64,000 nucleotides of DNA. Source: Azolla caroliniana. Lineage: Eukaryota > Plantae > Polypodiophyta. This document shows, in pieces, positions 50,354-62,866 of this stretch. A program made the translations under genes and the position numbers. Every line of letters begins with the position of its first letter. The first letter of the stretch is position 1. The DNA is taken from positions 8,494,001 through 8,558,000 of the forward strand of contig JBHGNT010000005.1 of NCBI GenBank assembly GCA_043228905.1. The letters run 5' to 3'. The notes under the pieces are model-generated. The model was not told where the DNA came from. It did no database searches and saw nothing but the letters and a program-made list of their open reading frames with translations.

Positions 50354-50357
<4 letters not shown>
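44855..50357 (+). mobile_element. L1-type LINE #2, related to LINE #1, pseudogenised
   Basis: ORF1 ~45068-46430 (GPRGFYDVVF, CPIWV, CFKCGKLGHFMAAC); ORF2 from 46488 MKVVSWNVRG, VGDFN, SRLDR, KSPGWDG, QGCPLSP, ALADD, HRFIKCP. Confidence 0.92.
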
Positions 50358-50409
<52 letters not shown>

Positions 50410-50429
50410 AAGAAAGAAAGAAAGAAAGA
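50358..50429. repeat. (GA)n(GAAA)n microsatellite at the LINE #2 / LINE #3 tail-to-tail junction
   Basis: Read directly. Confidence 0.95.
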
Positions 50430-50733
50430 TATATTAACGTCTTCTAAGGCCAAATTTGGCCCATGAGACAATTGGGTTACAACAAAAATGAGTGTTTATC
50501 CAATCATCAAAACTAAAATAAAAGAAAATAGCTTAAGCTAAGAAAGTTCTAGTAGTGTACAAAACTTTGCACTAAGCCTAATCTCATTTCCACCCAAGTC
50601 TCTCAAAAAGAAGTGGGAGGTCAAAAGTTTTTGGTGTGGTTGTGACCCATGGTCCCGATGCATAGAGTGCCCTAGCCATGGCTTCTAGGCGGTGTAGTTC
50701 ACGTTCCCTTATTTTCTTTATTGCTTCTCCATC

Positions 50734-53700
50734 TCATCGACTTGCTTTGAAACCCGACATCCAAGGGCGTTTGGTTCTTCTTTGATTTTCTGCTTCATCA
50801 AGGAAAAGCCCGAGTGGTGCAGGTGTGTCGACATTCATTGTCTCCCCCTGTTCCTGAAAAACTTCATTTGTTACATGTTGGTAAACATTAGCAACATTAT
50901 TATCAACATTTTGTAACTTATTCTCTCTCTGTTGTTTCAATTCTAAGATGTATCTACCTAATTTCTTAATATCTAGTGTATCTAATAGTTTAGGGAGGGT
51001 GGGAGAGGAACCAAGTATGTCTTGGTATTTTGCCCTTATCTCGGCATAGGTGGGGCATTTGCATGTAAAATGGTACTCATCCTCTATCTCTATGTGGTAT
51101 AACCTACATATCCTTTCCTCCCAAGGGATTCCATTAGTACGTCCATTCTCAATCTCAAGTTGGTGACATGATATTCTAAGTTGACCAATGGCAACCCTTA
51201 GTGCATGTGGTAAGAATACATCTAGATATTTTGGGCGCGTGATAAAACCTAACTCAGAGAAGTGCATAAAGTGTTCCATATAGTACGACATTTTAGATGG
51301 GAGTGGCTCTAGTGGGGTGATCCATTTATACCGAGTATAAATTTGCCATATTTCTTGGTGTATTACTTTATTACGGTCCTCATGAGAGATTAAAGTGTTA
51401 TCAGTCGTGTGGTCGTACTTAAGGGGGGGGAGGTTATTAATGTCTAGACCGTTGGCAAGAAGCCAACTCACCATCATGCCATACCATGAGCTAGTATAGC
51501 CGGACTCATACAGTGCTCGAGAAGCCTTAAAGGCTTGGTGGGATATTCTATCAAGTGGTTGGTTATGTATCCTGTGGATAAAGACTACAAGTTGAAAAAG
51601 TGCTTCTACTAACACAGGGGGTAGAGTGAACTCAACCCTAATAATGTCACATGGGACCGACGATTTGCTTCGGAGTTGGCGTGATAACATCATCACCAAT
51701 GGTCTCTCTGATTGCGTCCACATGAAAGATGGTAGTCCTGGAGCCCAAACCGTTGATGCATACATGAGAGGGAGTCACTAATGAGTCAAAGAGCCACTCT
51801 TTAGTTCGTGGCTCTTGGAAGTATGCTTGGTGGCATTGTCTCTCGAGGAGTGAGAGGGATGCATGTCCTCTTGTAAGTCTATCCTTCGTTGCTTGTGTCA
51901 TCGAAAATTTACCTGAGTGGGCACTGAAAGTGACTCCGAGATAGACATATGATCCAACCACCTCAACTGGGCTATGGGAGATAGTTAGGTGACACTTAGC
52001 TCTAACTTGGGCCGACGTGTGGAAGATAAGGACTTTAGTTTTCCCTAGATTCACTACCAATCCTCGTTGTGTGCAAAAGTCATCCAAGGCATTAAGGTGC
52101 CTTTGTAGGTCGTGTTCGGATTCAAAGAGCAAAACTATGTCGTCTGCATAGAGCAAGATACGCACATGCGTATCCCCAAGGACTACTCCATTGCCTCCCT
52201 TACGAGCAATAAAATCTATGATCTCATCAATGTAGATCCCAAAAAGAGTCGGAGATAAGGAGCAACCTTGTTTTACACCAATAGTGCTAGTGAAACTATC
52301 GGATATGCCGCCTGGGCATCGAACACACCCGGACACTTGTTCATATAGTGCGTAGATGGCCCAAACCATGTCATCTGGTATCCTCAAGCTCTTAAGCCTA
52401 TCAAACAACCGCTCTCTAGGGACCGTGTCAAAGGCTTTTCGGAAGTCCACAAAACAACAATATAGTTTCTTCTTACGAGCCTTAGTCTGGTCAATTAAGC
52501 ATCTAAGCGTGAAGATATGATCAATAGTGGAGAAGGCTCGTCTAAAGCCAGCCTGTTCAGGTGCGCGAAGATTTAAGGTCTCCATATAATCGCTAAGCTC
52601 TGCCTCCATTACTACACCATATAATTTAGCAAGGGTATGACCTATCATAATGGTCCTATAAGTATTTGGGTCCATGGGGTCTCCCCCTTTATGTATGGGG
52701 GCCACTATGTTCATGGTCCATTGTGGTGGAAAACCCTTTGCGAGGGCACGATTGAAGATTAGAGTTAGCAAGGGAGCTAGGCACTCTCTCGCATATATGA
52801 TGTGTTCTGCTCGCAATCCTGTGTGGTCCATGGACTTCCTATGTTGTAATTTCTTTATGACCTTCGTGACCCTAGAGGTCGTGAAGAGTGTCCCCACAGT
52901 AGGTCGGGGTGTAGAAGGCATTGGAATGGGTGGTTGGTTTGGGATTTGGTAAAGTCTCTCTGTATAAGTGTGCCAAGTTTCGGGATCTTCGATGGGTGTT
53001 TGTGGTATTGGTTCCCGTAATCTCTTCCATGCAATGGCACAATCGCTACTCATGAGCATATGGTAGAGTTCCCAATATTGGGATGCCTCCCATGCTCGTC
53101 TCTTACAACGTGTCATCTTGCGCATTTCTTTACGAGCTTGTACTGAGGTAATACTACCACTGAGTTGTGATATTGTAAGTTGTCTATGTAAGCACCTACA
53201 ATCCTCATCATACCATCTATTTTGTGGCATAGATCCTACTTTACCTTGATTGGAGTGTTTCGTATATGGGAAACTGCTAACTGCTGCAGAGTGAAGGATG
53301 TGTGTGAGTTTCGTACTAAGGCTCTCTAAAGATAGGGAGGGATCAAGGGAGGAGAGATGGGCTTGAACATGTCGAGCATATATGTCAGAGAGCTCATGTG
53401 TGAAATGTATTGTGATGTCATGGCGTGGTTGACTAGAGTTGGTGACGTTAGAGATATCGCATTTTAGCTCAAAGTATAAGAAACTATGGTCCGCGCCAAT
53501 AGGACATGGGGCCACTCGGAAGGAGTTAATCATGTGGGTAGCTTCAGGGCGTCCTATTAGATAATTGACTGTGCTTTCCCCTCCTCCATGTGGGAAACAT
53601 GTGAGCTCTTTCGAACCTGGCCACTTGGCTAAACCATTATATATGACCATTTGGTGCTGACTGCCGAGTTCGAGCAAATGATGGCCAAAGCTCATGGCGT

Positions 53701-54325
53701 CCGCACCTTGATCCTTTGATCTACGTGTGGTGTCTATGTCTAAAGGATCGACATTTACCATTTCTAGGTTTCTATTCATTTGAAATATTGTGCATTGTCG
53801 GGATTGGGTTCTCGCATTAAAGTCTCCTACAAGGAATACTTCTCCTTGGGAAGAATATCGGATTATGTCATCCGATAGAGGTTCATATGGGGAAGGCCCA
53901 TGTGGCACTCCGTCATCAACTAATCTCGCCTCGCCGGCCAAATTATAACGAGAGCCTTTCGGGGGAAAGTAACAAATGGCGAAAAATATTGCCTTGTCCT
54001 TGCTTGTGGAGACTTTCACCCACATAAAACGAGCTTCTAGGTCTGTGCTCAGTATTTCTATCCTACTATGTAGCTCCCGCTGAAACAATATTGCGACACC
54101 TCCAGATCCCCTAGTAGTGCATCGACGTGAGGTTTGTCTAAAATCCGACTCCCAACGAAATCCTTCGACTCGTGGGAGTCCCCTATCTGGGCTTTGGTGT
54201 GTTTCTACTAGGCAAACTATATCTGATTCCTTTAATATCCCCTCTAGGCGACCGGGGTGTGTCCAGAGTGCGCCGTTACAATTCCCTAAGGTCATCCTAA
54301 GTGTGTTTTCTGTCACATGGGCCAC
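50734..54325 (-). pseudogene. LINE #3 ORF2 (endonuclease + reverse transcriptase), one frameshift ~51770
   Basis: CLVETH, GSGGV, VGDFNART, ADH; EQAGFR, FVDFRKAFDTV, GVKQGCSLSP, LLYADD, YLGV; continues in ORF 50734-51765. Confidence 0.92.
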
Positions 54326-54331
54326 ACGCCG

Positions 54332-55138
54332 TCAATTAGTAGTGCGATCATTTATGATCACTTGCCCATCTCGATAAAAGGCGTGATGCCCGTCTTTACG
54401 AGCTTGCATAACCTTTGGCATACAACTCTTGCGATGCTCAATTTGCATCTTGGTGAGGTCTTCATCGAGATAGATAGGGTCCCCACCCAATCCTCGAAGA
54501 ATTGGTCTCTTCTTAAAGAAAGTGATTCTAGAGTCTAAGTCTTTAAATTGAAGAACTAAGGCTCTCTTCCTAGTTGTGTCACGTCCGGCCCTCCAAGCTT
54601 TGGTGATAGGTGGGGTCGTTGTGTACCCTAACATTTTCCCGAGTGTTTGTGCATCCTCGTCTGGGGATGCACCTTCCTTGAGCCCAGTGACACGCACATT
54701 TAGGCGTCGGGCTTGACGCATTTTCTCCTCTTCGAGGGTGGTATTAACAATATTTTCATCCTTTATTTCTTTTTTAATGTTTCTTTTAACCACATCTACC
54801 CAACCCTTTTTTGCTAACTCTATGTTATTTTTAACCTCCTCTTTAACTTTTTTGATCTCATCTTTTATATCCTCTATGGAGGATATTTCACCGTCCTCTC
54901 GGGATACCTTGATGTCATTAAGTTGTTGTTTGAGGTTTGTGTTTTCCTCTTTAAGTTTTTCTATTTCGGCCTTGAGGGTGTCTTTTTCCTCTCTATCTTT
55001 TTTCTTGTGGGTTTCGGCGTCTTTCACCCATTTTTTCATATCCATCTCTATTTTTGTTAAACGGTTAAACATATCCAAAAAGTCTTCCTTACTTATAACC
55101 TCGTCTTGTGTATCCTTGTGTTCCTTTCGTTTAGACAT
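54332..55138 (-). CDS. LINE #3 ORF1 (coiled coil + RRM-like RNA-binding protein), intact 268 aa
   Basis: E/K heptads followed by RRLNVRVTGLKE and IYLDEDLT, typical of LINE ORF1p; directly upstream of ORF2. Confidence 0.85.
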   Translation of the reverse strand: MSKRKEHKDTQDEVISKEDFLDMFNRLTKIEMDMKKWVKDAETHKKKDREEKDTLKAEIEKLKEENTNLKQQLNDIKVSREDGEISSIEDIKDEIKKVKEEVKNNIELAKKGWVDVVKRNIKKEIKDENIVNTTLEEEKMRQARRLNVRVTGLKEGASPDEDAQTLGKMLGYTTTPPITKAWRAGRDTTRKRALVLQFKDLDSRITFFKKRPILRGLGGDPIYLDEDLTKMQIEHRKSCMPKVMQARKDGHHAFYRDGQVIINDRTTN

Positions 55139-55566
55139 TGTAGTGTCAATAAGAGAAAAAAAGGATAAAATAAATGAGTTCGAGACTTAGCCGAGTTTGT
55201 GTGTATGTCGTAGTCACATCGGCATTTTGCACGCGACGAGCACAAAACACTACACTCGGCAACCTCAAGAACAAGAAGGAGAAGAACACGGCAACGGCAA
55301 TGGCGACTACGACGGACGATGACGAATGGCAACAGGTCGTCCAGCACGCAGACGGCGATCGACGGCAGTAGACGGCGACGAACGTCAACAGACGGCGACA
55401 GACGGCGACAGACAGCAATAGACGACGACGAACATTAGAGGCGGCAGCGCGGCAACAAACGACAGCACGATGGGGGGGGGGGGGGGAGAGAGAGAGTGCA
55501 GCACAGTAGCAGGCGGCGACAAACGTCGCAGACGACAACGACGACAGCGTGGCGCACGACCGTTGC

Positions 55567-55587
55567 AGAGAGAGAGAGAGAGAGAGA
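55567..55587. repeat. (GA)n microsatellite at the LINE #3 5' end
   Basis: Read directly; a second tract lies at ~55682-55704. Confidence 0.9.
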
Positions 55588-55922
55588 TGCCAAATAAATC
55601 ACTATGGGAATGAATGAGAGAATGGGCATGACATGTCATTTGGGAAAATGAATGGATGAATGGGCATGACGTGTCATTTGTGAGAGAGAGAGAGAGAGAG
55701 AGAGTCTGTGTGTGTGTGGGCGTGCCATGTGGAAGAAGCTTCCAGGGCCTTCTGCAGCAGCCCCAAGCAGGATGAAAGAAGAATGCTGCAGAAGATCAAT
55801 GGAAGCTCTCTCTCTCTCTCTCTCTCTGTCTTCGCATGTTTCTCTTCTTCAACATGTACCAGGTGTTACTTCCCATTCTTCGCCTTCCCAGCGCTCAACT
55901 GTTGCTCCTCTGGTGTGCATCC

Positions 55923-58900
55923 ATGGTCTATGCCTGTTTCTTGTTGCATCGATGGACCTCCTCTCTGCACTTTCTTCTTCGCGTCGTTCTTGGTATGCTC
56001 ACTGGTGTCTTCTTGGTCTTCCTCTGCCATCTCTCCTACTGGCGTCGCCAACGAATTCACAAGATGAAGGTCAGTTTGTATTGATTTGTTCCCGATTTCT
56101 TTACAAGAAAATTGTGCGACCTTTTTACACCTCTAGTTTTGGTAAGTATGAGTCCTACGAGTTATGTGATTCTTTAGGATTATGTAGTTTAATTTTTACT
56201 TCTTCCACCAGGAGGTCTATGTACAAAACATGGCTACTTTGAGTAAGGATGATCTCTTTAGGTTACTTCCTGGAAATCCTGCAAGTGCTGCTGCTTTCAT
56301 GAAGAGACCAGATGAGGTATTAAATCGGCTTGTATTCCCTTGTTATCATTGTATTGCATGGGAAGGTAATCAAACATATCATATTAAAGTTGTGAATGTT
56401 TAAATATGTTAGCATGAACATATGTGAAGGAAGGGTCTACGTTGGTTATGTTCTTCTGACACGCTATGGATGTTAGCTTCAAAGAACAGAATTTTATTCT
56501 AGAGTCGTCAATGGATACCCTGTCACGTGCATTTTTCTAGCTCACTAATGATTTTATTTTGTTTTTGCTGCAGTTTGAATGGCTCAATATTGAGCTTGCA
56601 AAATCCTGGCCATTTATAAATGAGGTAAGGTGATAGGAATAGATTTCTTCCCATGACCAATGATCTGTTATGTACATAATTAACTTTGAGAATCTCAAAT
56701 TTCTTGTATGTGTAATTATCTACATTCCATCTATTTGCAGAGATTGATGTGGACATAGTTCACCACACAGTCAAGATATGACACTGCTATTATTGTTTTG
56801 TTAATGATTGTTAGGCGATTTCTGACATAGTGAAGGAAAATCTGCAATCCGTATTAAATGAATATAAGATGGGTGCATTGGTGGAGATGAAAGTACCCAA
56901 CCTATCATTTGGTGTTGCAAATCCTCGAGTCACTGGTAAAATCTGCAATGTGTTTGATGTACTGAATACTCCATTTTATACTGAACAAGACATGTTTGTA
57001 CTCATACATAGATATTCTCAAGAAATATGTCAAACACAGCCAAATCTGTTTCATGCCCACCCTAAGCTCTAAGTAGACAAATGATCAATGGTTGTAGGCA
57101 CTGGACACTCACTTTCACATGAAAATGCCTATTCTTATATAGGGTTGATGTAGATTCATATGAATATGTGTGTGTGTGGTGTGTGCACGTGTGTGGTGGA
57201 ATAGCCCATTATCCTTAATGAGATGACCCTTTTTGAAGAAAAGGTGTTAGGATGCTCGAGATGAAAGAGGATGAAGCTTGTGTGGAAGCAGATGTTCATT
57301 GGAAAGCTGAGAGGGAGTTGATCATTGTGAAAGTGAAGACCATTGGGCCTGACTTTAAGGTCAAGGTATAATAATTTTGCAGAAGTTTAAATACTCTTCA
57401 CTGTATACTTTTAAGGCTCATCAATCACAAACATATGGAAACTAGGTACACAATATCTTTGTGTCAGGAACATTGAAAATTGTTCTAAAACCATTGGCAG
57501 ACATTATACCTTGTTTTGGGGCGATTCTGGTTGCGATGAGCACTATTGTGAGTATTTTTTATTTGTTCATAAACATTGAGTATATATCAGCATTCTGTAA
57601 TGAGGTTATAAATTGAGACTCTTCCGTCTGAAACTTTATGGATCAGCCAGACATATATTTCGATCTGAAGATTGCAGATGGTAATGTTAGTGCTTTGCCA
57701 GGTGTAGAGAAAATGATCAATGTGAGTATAGAATGATCAAACAAACCTTAACTTATGTGCGTAATTGTATATATGATTAAATGGTTCTGGTTTATAGATC
57801 TCTGTATTGCTGATAATGTAGGCAATGCATTTTGAGATGTATAAAATATTAATCTTGCATGATATTGTTTGTTTAGCATGGTCAATGTTATCCTGTAGCT
57901 ATAATAGTGAATGGATGAGAAAGGTCAGTTAACTTCAAATTGGATAGTAAAACATGTTTTACTGCAGACTTCCTTGCGCGCTGCCCTAGAGGATTCTTTG
58001 GTGTGGCCTAACCGGATAGTTTGCCCTGTACTTCCAGGGGATTATAGGTTATTCGTTAACTTGTATCTTTACAATATATTTTTCATGATTTTTTATGATA
58101 TGAACTCATTTTGGTTTTTGCAGCTACTTGATGTTGAAGCCCGTTGGCATACTAGATGTTACCTTGGTAAAAGCAAAGGATGTCATGAACACTGATATCT
58201 TAGGCAAATCTGATTGTTTTGTATTACTCTATGTGAGAAAAAAGCCTGAGCGAATCAAACGCAGCACGACAAAGAAGAATTCATTGCATCCAGTTTGGAA
58301 TGAAGGGTTCAAGCTCGAGGTGAAGAGAATTTAGTTATTATAACCTATCTGTCATACACCACTGAAGGGAAAACCTTGGAAATCCCAGAGTTCTCTACTT
58401 TCCTCAAGCTATAGTTGTTTCGATGATGCCCTTATGAACCCCTGGAAACAGAAGGGGATGAATTGCCTATAAAACGGCCACATCATTTGATTCCATGATA
58501 TGCCCTTATGAACCCTTGGAAATAGAAGGGGATGAATTGACTATAAAATGGCCACATAATTTGATAGGGGATAAATTGACTACATAATTTGTACAAATGA
58601 CACTCTTTTTTGAGTTGATTAAACGAACTTTGAAAATTTTCTCTTGACATGGGTGATTCATGTGTGTGGGCCGTAATATGGCAGGTGGAGGACCCTGAAT
58701 GTCAACAATTAACTATTCAGTTAATGGATGAGGAATCCCTCACCAATGCGGAGTTCATTGGGCGTGCTACAGTTCTTGTCAATGATGTGTGTCCATCTAT
58801 TCTCGAGTGAATGTTATTTTTATAAGATTTTTCTTGTTTAGTTTGAGATTATGCTTGCTAACTAGGTGTAGTGTTTATTTAGCTTGTACCTCATAAGGCA

Positions 58901-59096
58901 ACAGAGAGATGGTTAGATATGGTTGACAAACCAGATTTGCAAAGCAGAACTATTCGAGGACATGTCCAAATTATTGTTGTATATGAACCATTTGAGAGGT
59001 TAGAATATGGAAAAATGTGAAATCCTTCATTCAAATGCATAAATATGTGTTTAACTCCTTGAGAGCTCATATAAATTGTATTGCATTTGCAGATGA
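55923..59096 (+). CDS. SYT: Synaptotagmin-like protein (SYT4/SYT5-like; TM + SMP + one C2), ~406 aa
   Basis: GT-AG, phase-consistent exons: 55923-56069, 56212-56316, 56574-56624, 56815-56935, 57244-57365, 57446-57547, 57647-57721, 57968-58047, 58124-58319, 58685-58786, 58883-58998, 59093-59096. Motifs WLNIELAKSWPFINE, KPLADIIPCFGA, DSLVWPNR, LKPVGIL..DILGKSD..LHPVWNE, VEDPECQQL. Start codon and last exon are less certain. Confidence 0.88.
58424..58591. repeat. Imperfect tandem duplication inside SYT intron 9
   Basis: atgcccttatgaaccc..ggaaa.agaaggggatgaattg..ggccacat occurs twice, plus a partial third copy. Confidence 0.8.
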
Positions 59097-59629
59097 AAAA
59101 CATAGCCATCAACCTGTAAGGTCAACAAATGCGAAGATGCCCTTATGCTAGTACACAGTTTGAAAGCTACTTATCTTCATTAGTCATTGCGACATGTAGA
59201 ATTTTGACTTGCCCTCTCATAAATAAAATGGTCATATTAATATTTCTTTTTAACTTTGTTAGATATGCTCACATTACATTTTTCAAAAAAATTCCATGTT
59301 TGATCATTAGTGAACTCACATTATGCATGTTCAAACTATTTCCATCTTTGATAGTCGGTCAAGTGAACTCACATTATGCATATTCAAATGATTTCCATCT
59401 TTGATCTTTGGCCAAGTGAGTGAATTGAACAAACATCCATTGTCTTGGCATCAAATAAGAACGCGACAAAACTTGTCAAATCAGGTAAGCATAACCTAGT
59501 ATGTGTAACCCCATATCTGAAAACCAATGAGACATTAAGCGACTAACTTTCATTTGAAATGTACAAAATATCAAACAATTGATTGTCATTAGTCAATATT
59601 GTTAATGCTAAACTCAAAGATAAGCCTTT

Positions 59630-60070
59630 TATAAATACTCTTGAAGTACAAAACTTTGCTACAAGTGGCAATTTAGAATGTTACTTATATTTCAAGATTG
59701 CTACCATTTTTCCATGTGTACTTTCTATTCATGTTTAGCCTTAACTAACTTTGTGACAAGTGGCAATTTAGAATGGTACTTAAATTTCATGATTGGGTAC
59801 CATTTATTGTATGTACTTTCTATTCATGTTTAATCTTACATAACTTTGTCAAGTGGCAATTTAGAATCTATATTTCAAGATTTGCTACCACTTATCCCTG
59901 TTTACTTTCTATTCATGTTTAGCCTTAGATGACAACCATGCTACCTAATAAATACTCTTGAGGCACAAAACTTTGCTAGAAGTGGCAATTCAGAATGTTA
60001 CCTATATTTCAAGATTTGCTACCATTTATCCATATGTACTTTCAATTCATGTTTAGCATTAGATGACAAC
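59630..60070. repeat. ~95-bp degenerate tandem repeat, 4 copies
   Basis: aagtggcaatt.agaat...tactttc.attcatgttta at ~59663, 59758, 59851 and 59980. Confidence 0.88.
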
Positions 60071-60530
60071 ATTCAAAGATACTTAATGGTATGAGAAATT
60101 AGTGATCACTTGTATAAAAGGAGCTTAACCCCTTCCACAACATTAACCTATGGTTGCCCTTTTGTGTGTATAGGTGGACCTTGCATCAATGTTACATTTT
60201 GTAGTTATTGCCAGTAAACCCATAATTGGGTTGGATGTGTCATAGTGATCGCGCTTCAACAAAATCTAAAAACTTCTAAGATCAAGCATAATCTACATCT
60301 TCCCCCCTTCTTTGATCCCCAAAGATAATAAATTTTAAACTAATCAAAGCTCAATCTCTCTTTTCCATGCCAACATAATAATCTAGAAGACATAAAAAAC
60401 TACTTACGGAAGTAGTTACAATGTCTCTACTGACGTTACTTCCCACCGAAATAAGAAGACCTATTACAAGAAGGTCCTTAAGATCAACAAAAAGAGAAAC
60501 TTGTAAAGAACTAAAGGAAGTTGCCCTAAG

Positions 60531-60723
60531 AGGATTAGAAATGTAAATAACTCTAAATATGTAAAAGGAGTATAGAAAGTGTTGCCAAAAGCTTTATATT
60601 TCTTCACCTCCTATTTTTGTTGGAGACAAGGATTAGAAATGTAAATAACTCTAAATATGTAAAAGGAGTATAGAAAGTGTTGCCAAAAGCTTTATATTTC
60701 TTCTCCTCCTATTTTTGTTGGAG
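60531..60723. repeat. 98-bp near-perfect tandem duplication
   Basis: aggattagaaatgtaaataactc...tttttgttggag at 60531 and 60629. Confidence 0.92.
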
Positions 60724-62401
60724 TTTAGAGAGAGTAGGTCTTGTCTTCCTTAAGCTAAAATTCCTTGGTTTATAATGAGCTTAACCTCTCCTATCTAGTT
60801 TCATATATTATTCTATTATCTTCATCGTAGTTAGATGTATCACTACAACCTTGAGTGTATGCGTGTATACAAACAATCAAGGAATATGGGATTTGGGTTA
60901 GTAACAATTTAAAATATGGTTTCTTAATGTTTGGAATGTAAGCGCATTACAACCGCTATGCGTTTAAGTGAAGTCTATTGAAATGTTTTTTTAGTAACGA
61001 TCTAGCATGAATGAAAATCATCAATTAGTTGCCATAGCAAGCAACATTTGGTGTCGTTGGGGCTACCATTGAATGCACAAACACTAATAATCAGTTACCA
61101 TACACACCGTGCAAAAATATTGGTAATTAAACCTATGATGGTCCGTGTACCATTTAGTGTGGTTTACTATCACAAAAACACCACCTAGATTTAAACTACA
61201 AGAATCTTAAATCTAATTGGCTCATGATATAGAATTTTGAGCTATTTGCAAAAGATTGGATACTGCAACAAATTTAATTGACTTACATTTTAAAACATTG
61301 ATAAACTCTTGGATCGGTGGAATGTTGTGTGGATTTGTGAAAACTGTAGATATTGTGTTAGAGAAACATGTATGGTTGGTGCATATAATTGGATGTGAGG
61401 AGTGTAGATCAAAATCTAACATTTATTTGACATTACGTAATTCATCTAAGCCATTGGGTTACTTGGATGAATGGGATGTTGTTATATGCACTCATGACAA
61501 CATTAGAATTTGTGTTAAGAGAATGTGTATACGTTAGCATATATGATTGAATGCCATGAGTGTGAACATTTGTATCTATGAGATTGTATTAAGAGAAACG
61601 TGTATGGGTTGGCACATTTGATTGAGTACAACGAGTGTGAAGAATTGTATCCATAAAACACATTCATAAATGTCAAATAATTAGACTTTTTCTTTGGAAG
61701 ACCCAAGCTAGCTATTATGAAACATTCAGATTGCTAAGATTTGAGAAAATAAAGTTTTGGACCTTGTAGAGTCATAAAAGAGTTTGTTTTACATGAGGGA
61801 CCAAGCAATTATCGACATGTGTGTGGTTAAGGTGATGGAGTGCTATCGATGGCCTTTAAGGAGATGGTGGTAAGAGGTGCCAAAATGTTCAGAAATATAA
61901 AAAGGTTGGAAATGATAAAGAAAGATAAATGGTTGTATTGGATGTCAACGAGAGAGAGAGAGGTACCCACCTCCTAGAGAAAGAGAGAGGGAGGTGATAT
62001 TATATACAAATAGATCACTTGAGTTTATTTGATAGAACACGAGAGACAATATGTGCAAAGCGCAATGCCATCCGATGCCTCTTATTTGTAAATTAGGATA
62101 TAGGATTACATAGAACGCCTTGTTTCTTTTAGCAACATTACCACAAAAAAATGTCTAGTGAGTAATTTTTTCAAAAACCTTATCTATCATTTTGACATGA
62201 CCCAATTAAACCAGGTCAAGTAAGTTTAGAGGAAGGCTGTGGAAAATATTCATATTGTTGACATGACGGTAAGTGATTGTAATCCAGAAAGAACCCAAGG
62301 GGCGGTAGTCGAAGCTTCCGAAAGAAAGATGTGGCACCCAAATATGTTTCCTAAATTGGCAGAGATGCTACAATAACAATACATACAGATTTTAGAGAAG
62401 T

Positions 62402-62866
62402 TTATTTTATTTTTTCCCTTGGGGCGGTTCTAGCACTGGAGGAAGAGTAGCTCGATATAGAGCTATGATGGCAAAAGGAGTGGAGACCCTTGCACACTTT
62501 CAATGGGACGAGGGGGTCATGGCCAACCAAAACATACGTGTGGAGTGTGATAAGTATGACGAAGACCATCATTTTTGTATTGGTCGTACCAACGAAACCA
62601 TGTGAATGTACATCATACGCATCATCCCCTAGCGATAGTGATGAAGGTGCGGGGCCAATTTCTTTTTCTATATCGCCCGAGCCAACGAATGAACCGTAGA
62701 ATGTGTTAGGAGTAAATACGTCACAACCGCGATTTTCTCTTCTTCTGCTTCGTCTTTCTTGAACTTCTTCTTCTTTCTTGAACTTCTTTTTGGAGAGGAG
62801 GAGGAGGAGGAGGAGTCTTTTTTGTTGTTTTAATACTTGGGTGTGAAGAGTGAGTGAGGAGGCCAT
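62402..62866 (-). CDS. Hypothetical 154-aa ORF, no recognised family
   Basis: ATG to stop, higher GC than its flanks, one hydrophobic stretch (MMVFVILITLHTYVLV); the 5' half is simple repeats and may be UTR. Confidence 0.25.
   Translation of the reverse strand: MASSLTLHTQVLKQQKRLLLLLLLSKKKFKKEEEVQERRSRRRENRGCDVFTPNTFYGSFVGSGDIEKEIGPAPSSLSLGDDAYDVHSHGFVGTTNTKMMVFVILITLHTYVLVGHDPLVPLKVCKGLHSFCHHSSISSYSSSSARTAPREKIK

Larger units (their letters stand above)
50430..55566 (-). mobile_element. LINE #3, RTE-X-like, nearly intact
   Basis: GC-rich 5' UTR, ORF1, ORF2 with APE-RT and a C-terminal LRISCHQLEIENGR...RIC...IEDEYHF..KCP motif. Confidence 0.85.

Noticed and set aside
55712-56242. 176-aa ORF as the SYT N-terminus
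   Set aside because: Wrong frame for the TM segment and for phase-0 splicing to exon 2; it runs through a (CT)n leader and an intron.
61943-61963. miR535-like sequence TGTCAACGAGAGAGAG
   Set aside because: The match is mostly GA repeat and no fold-back partner is visible.
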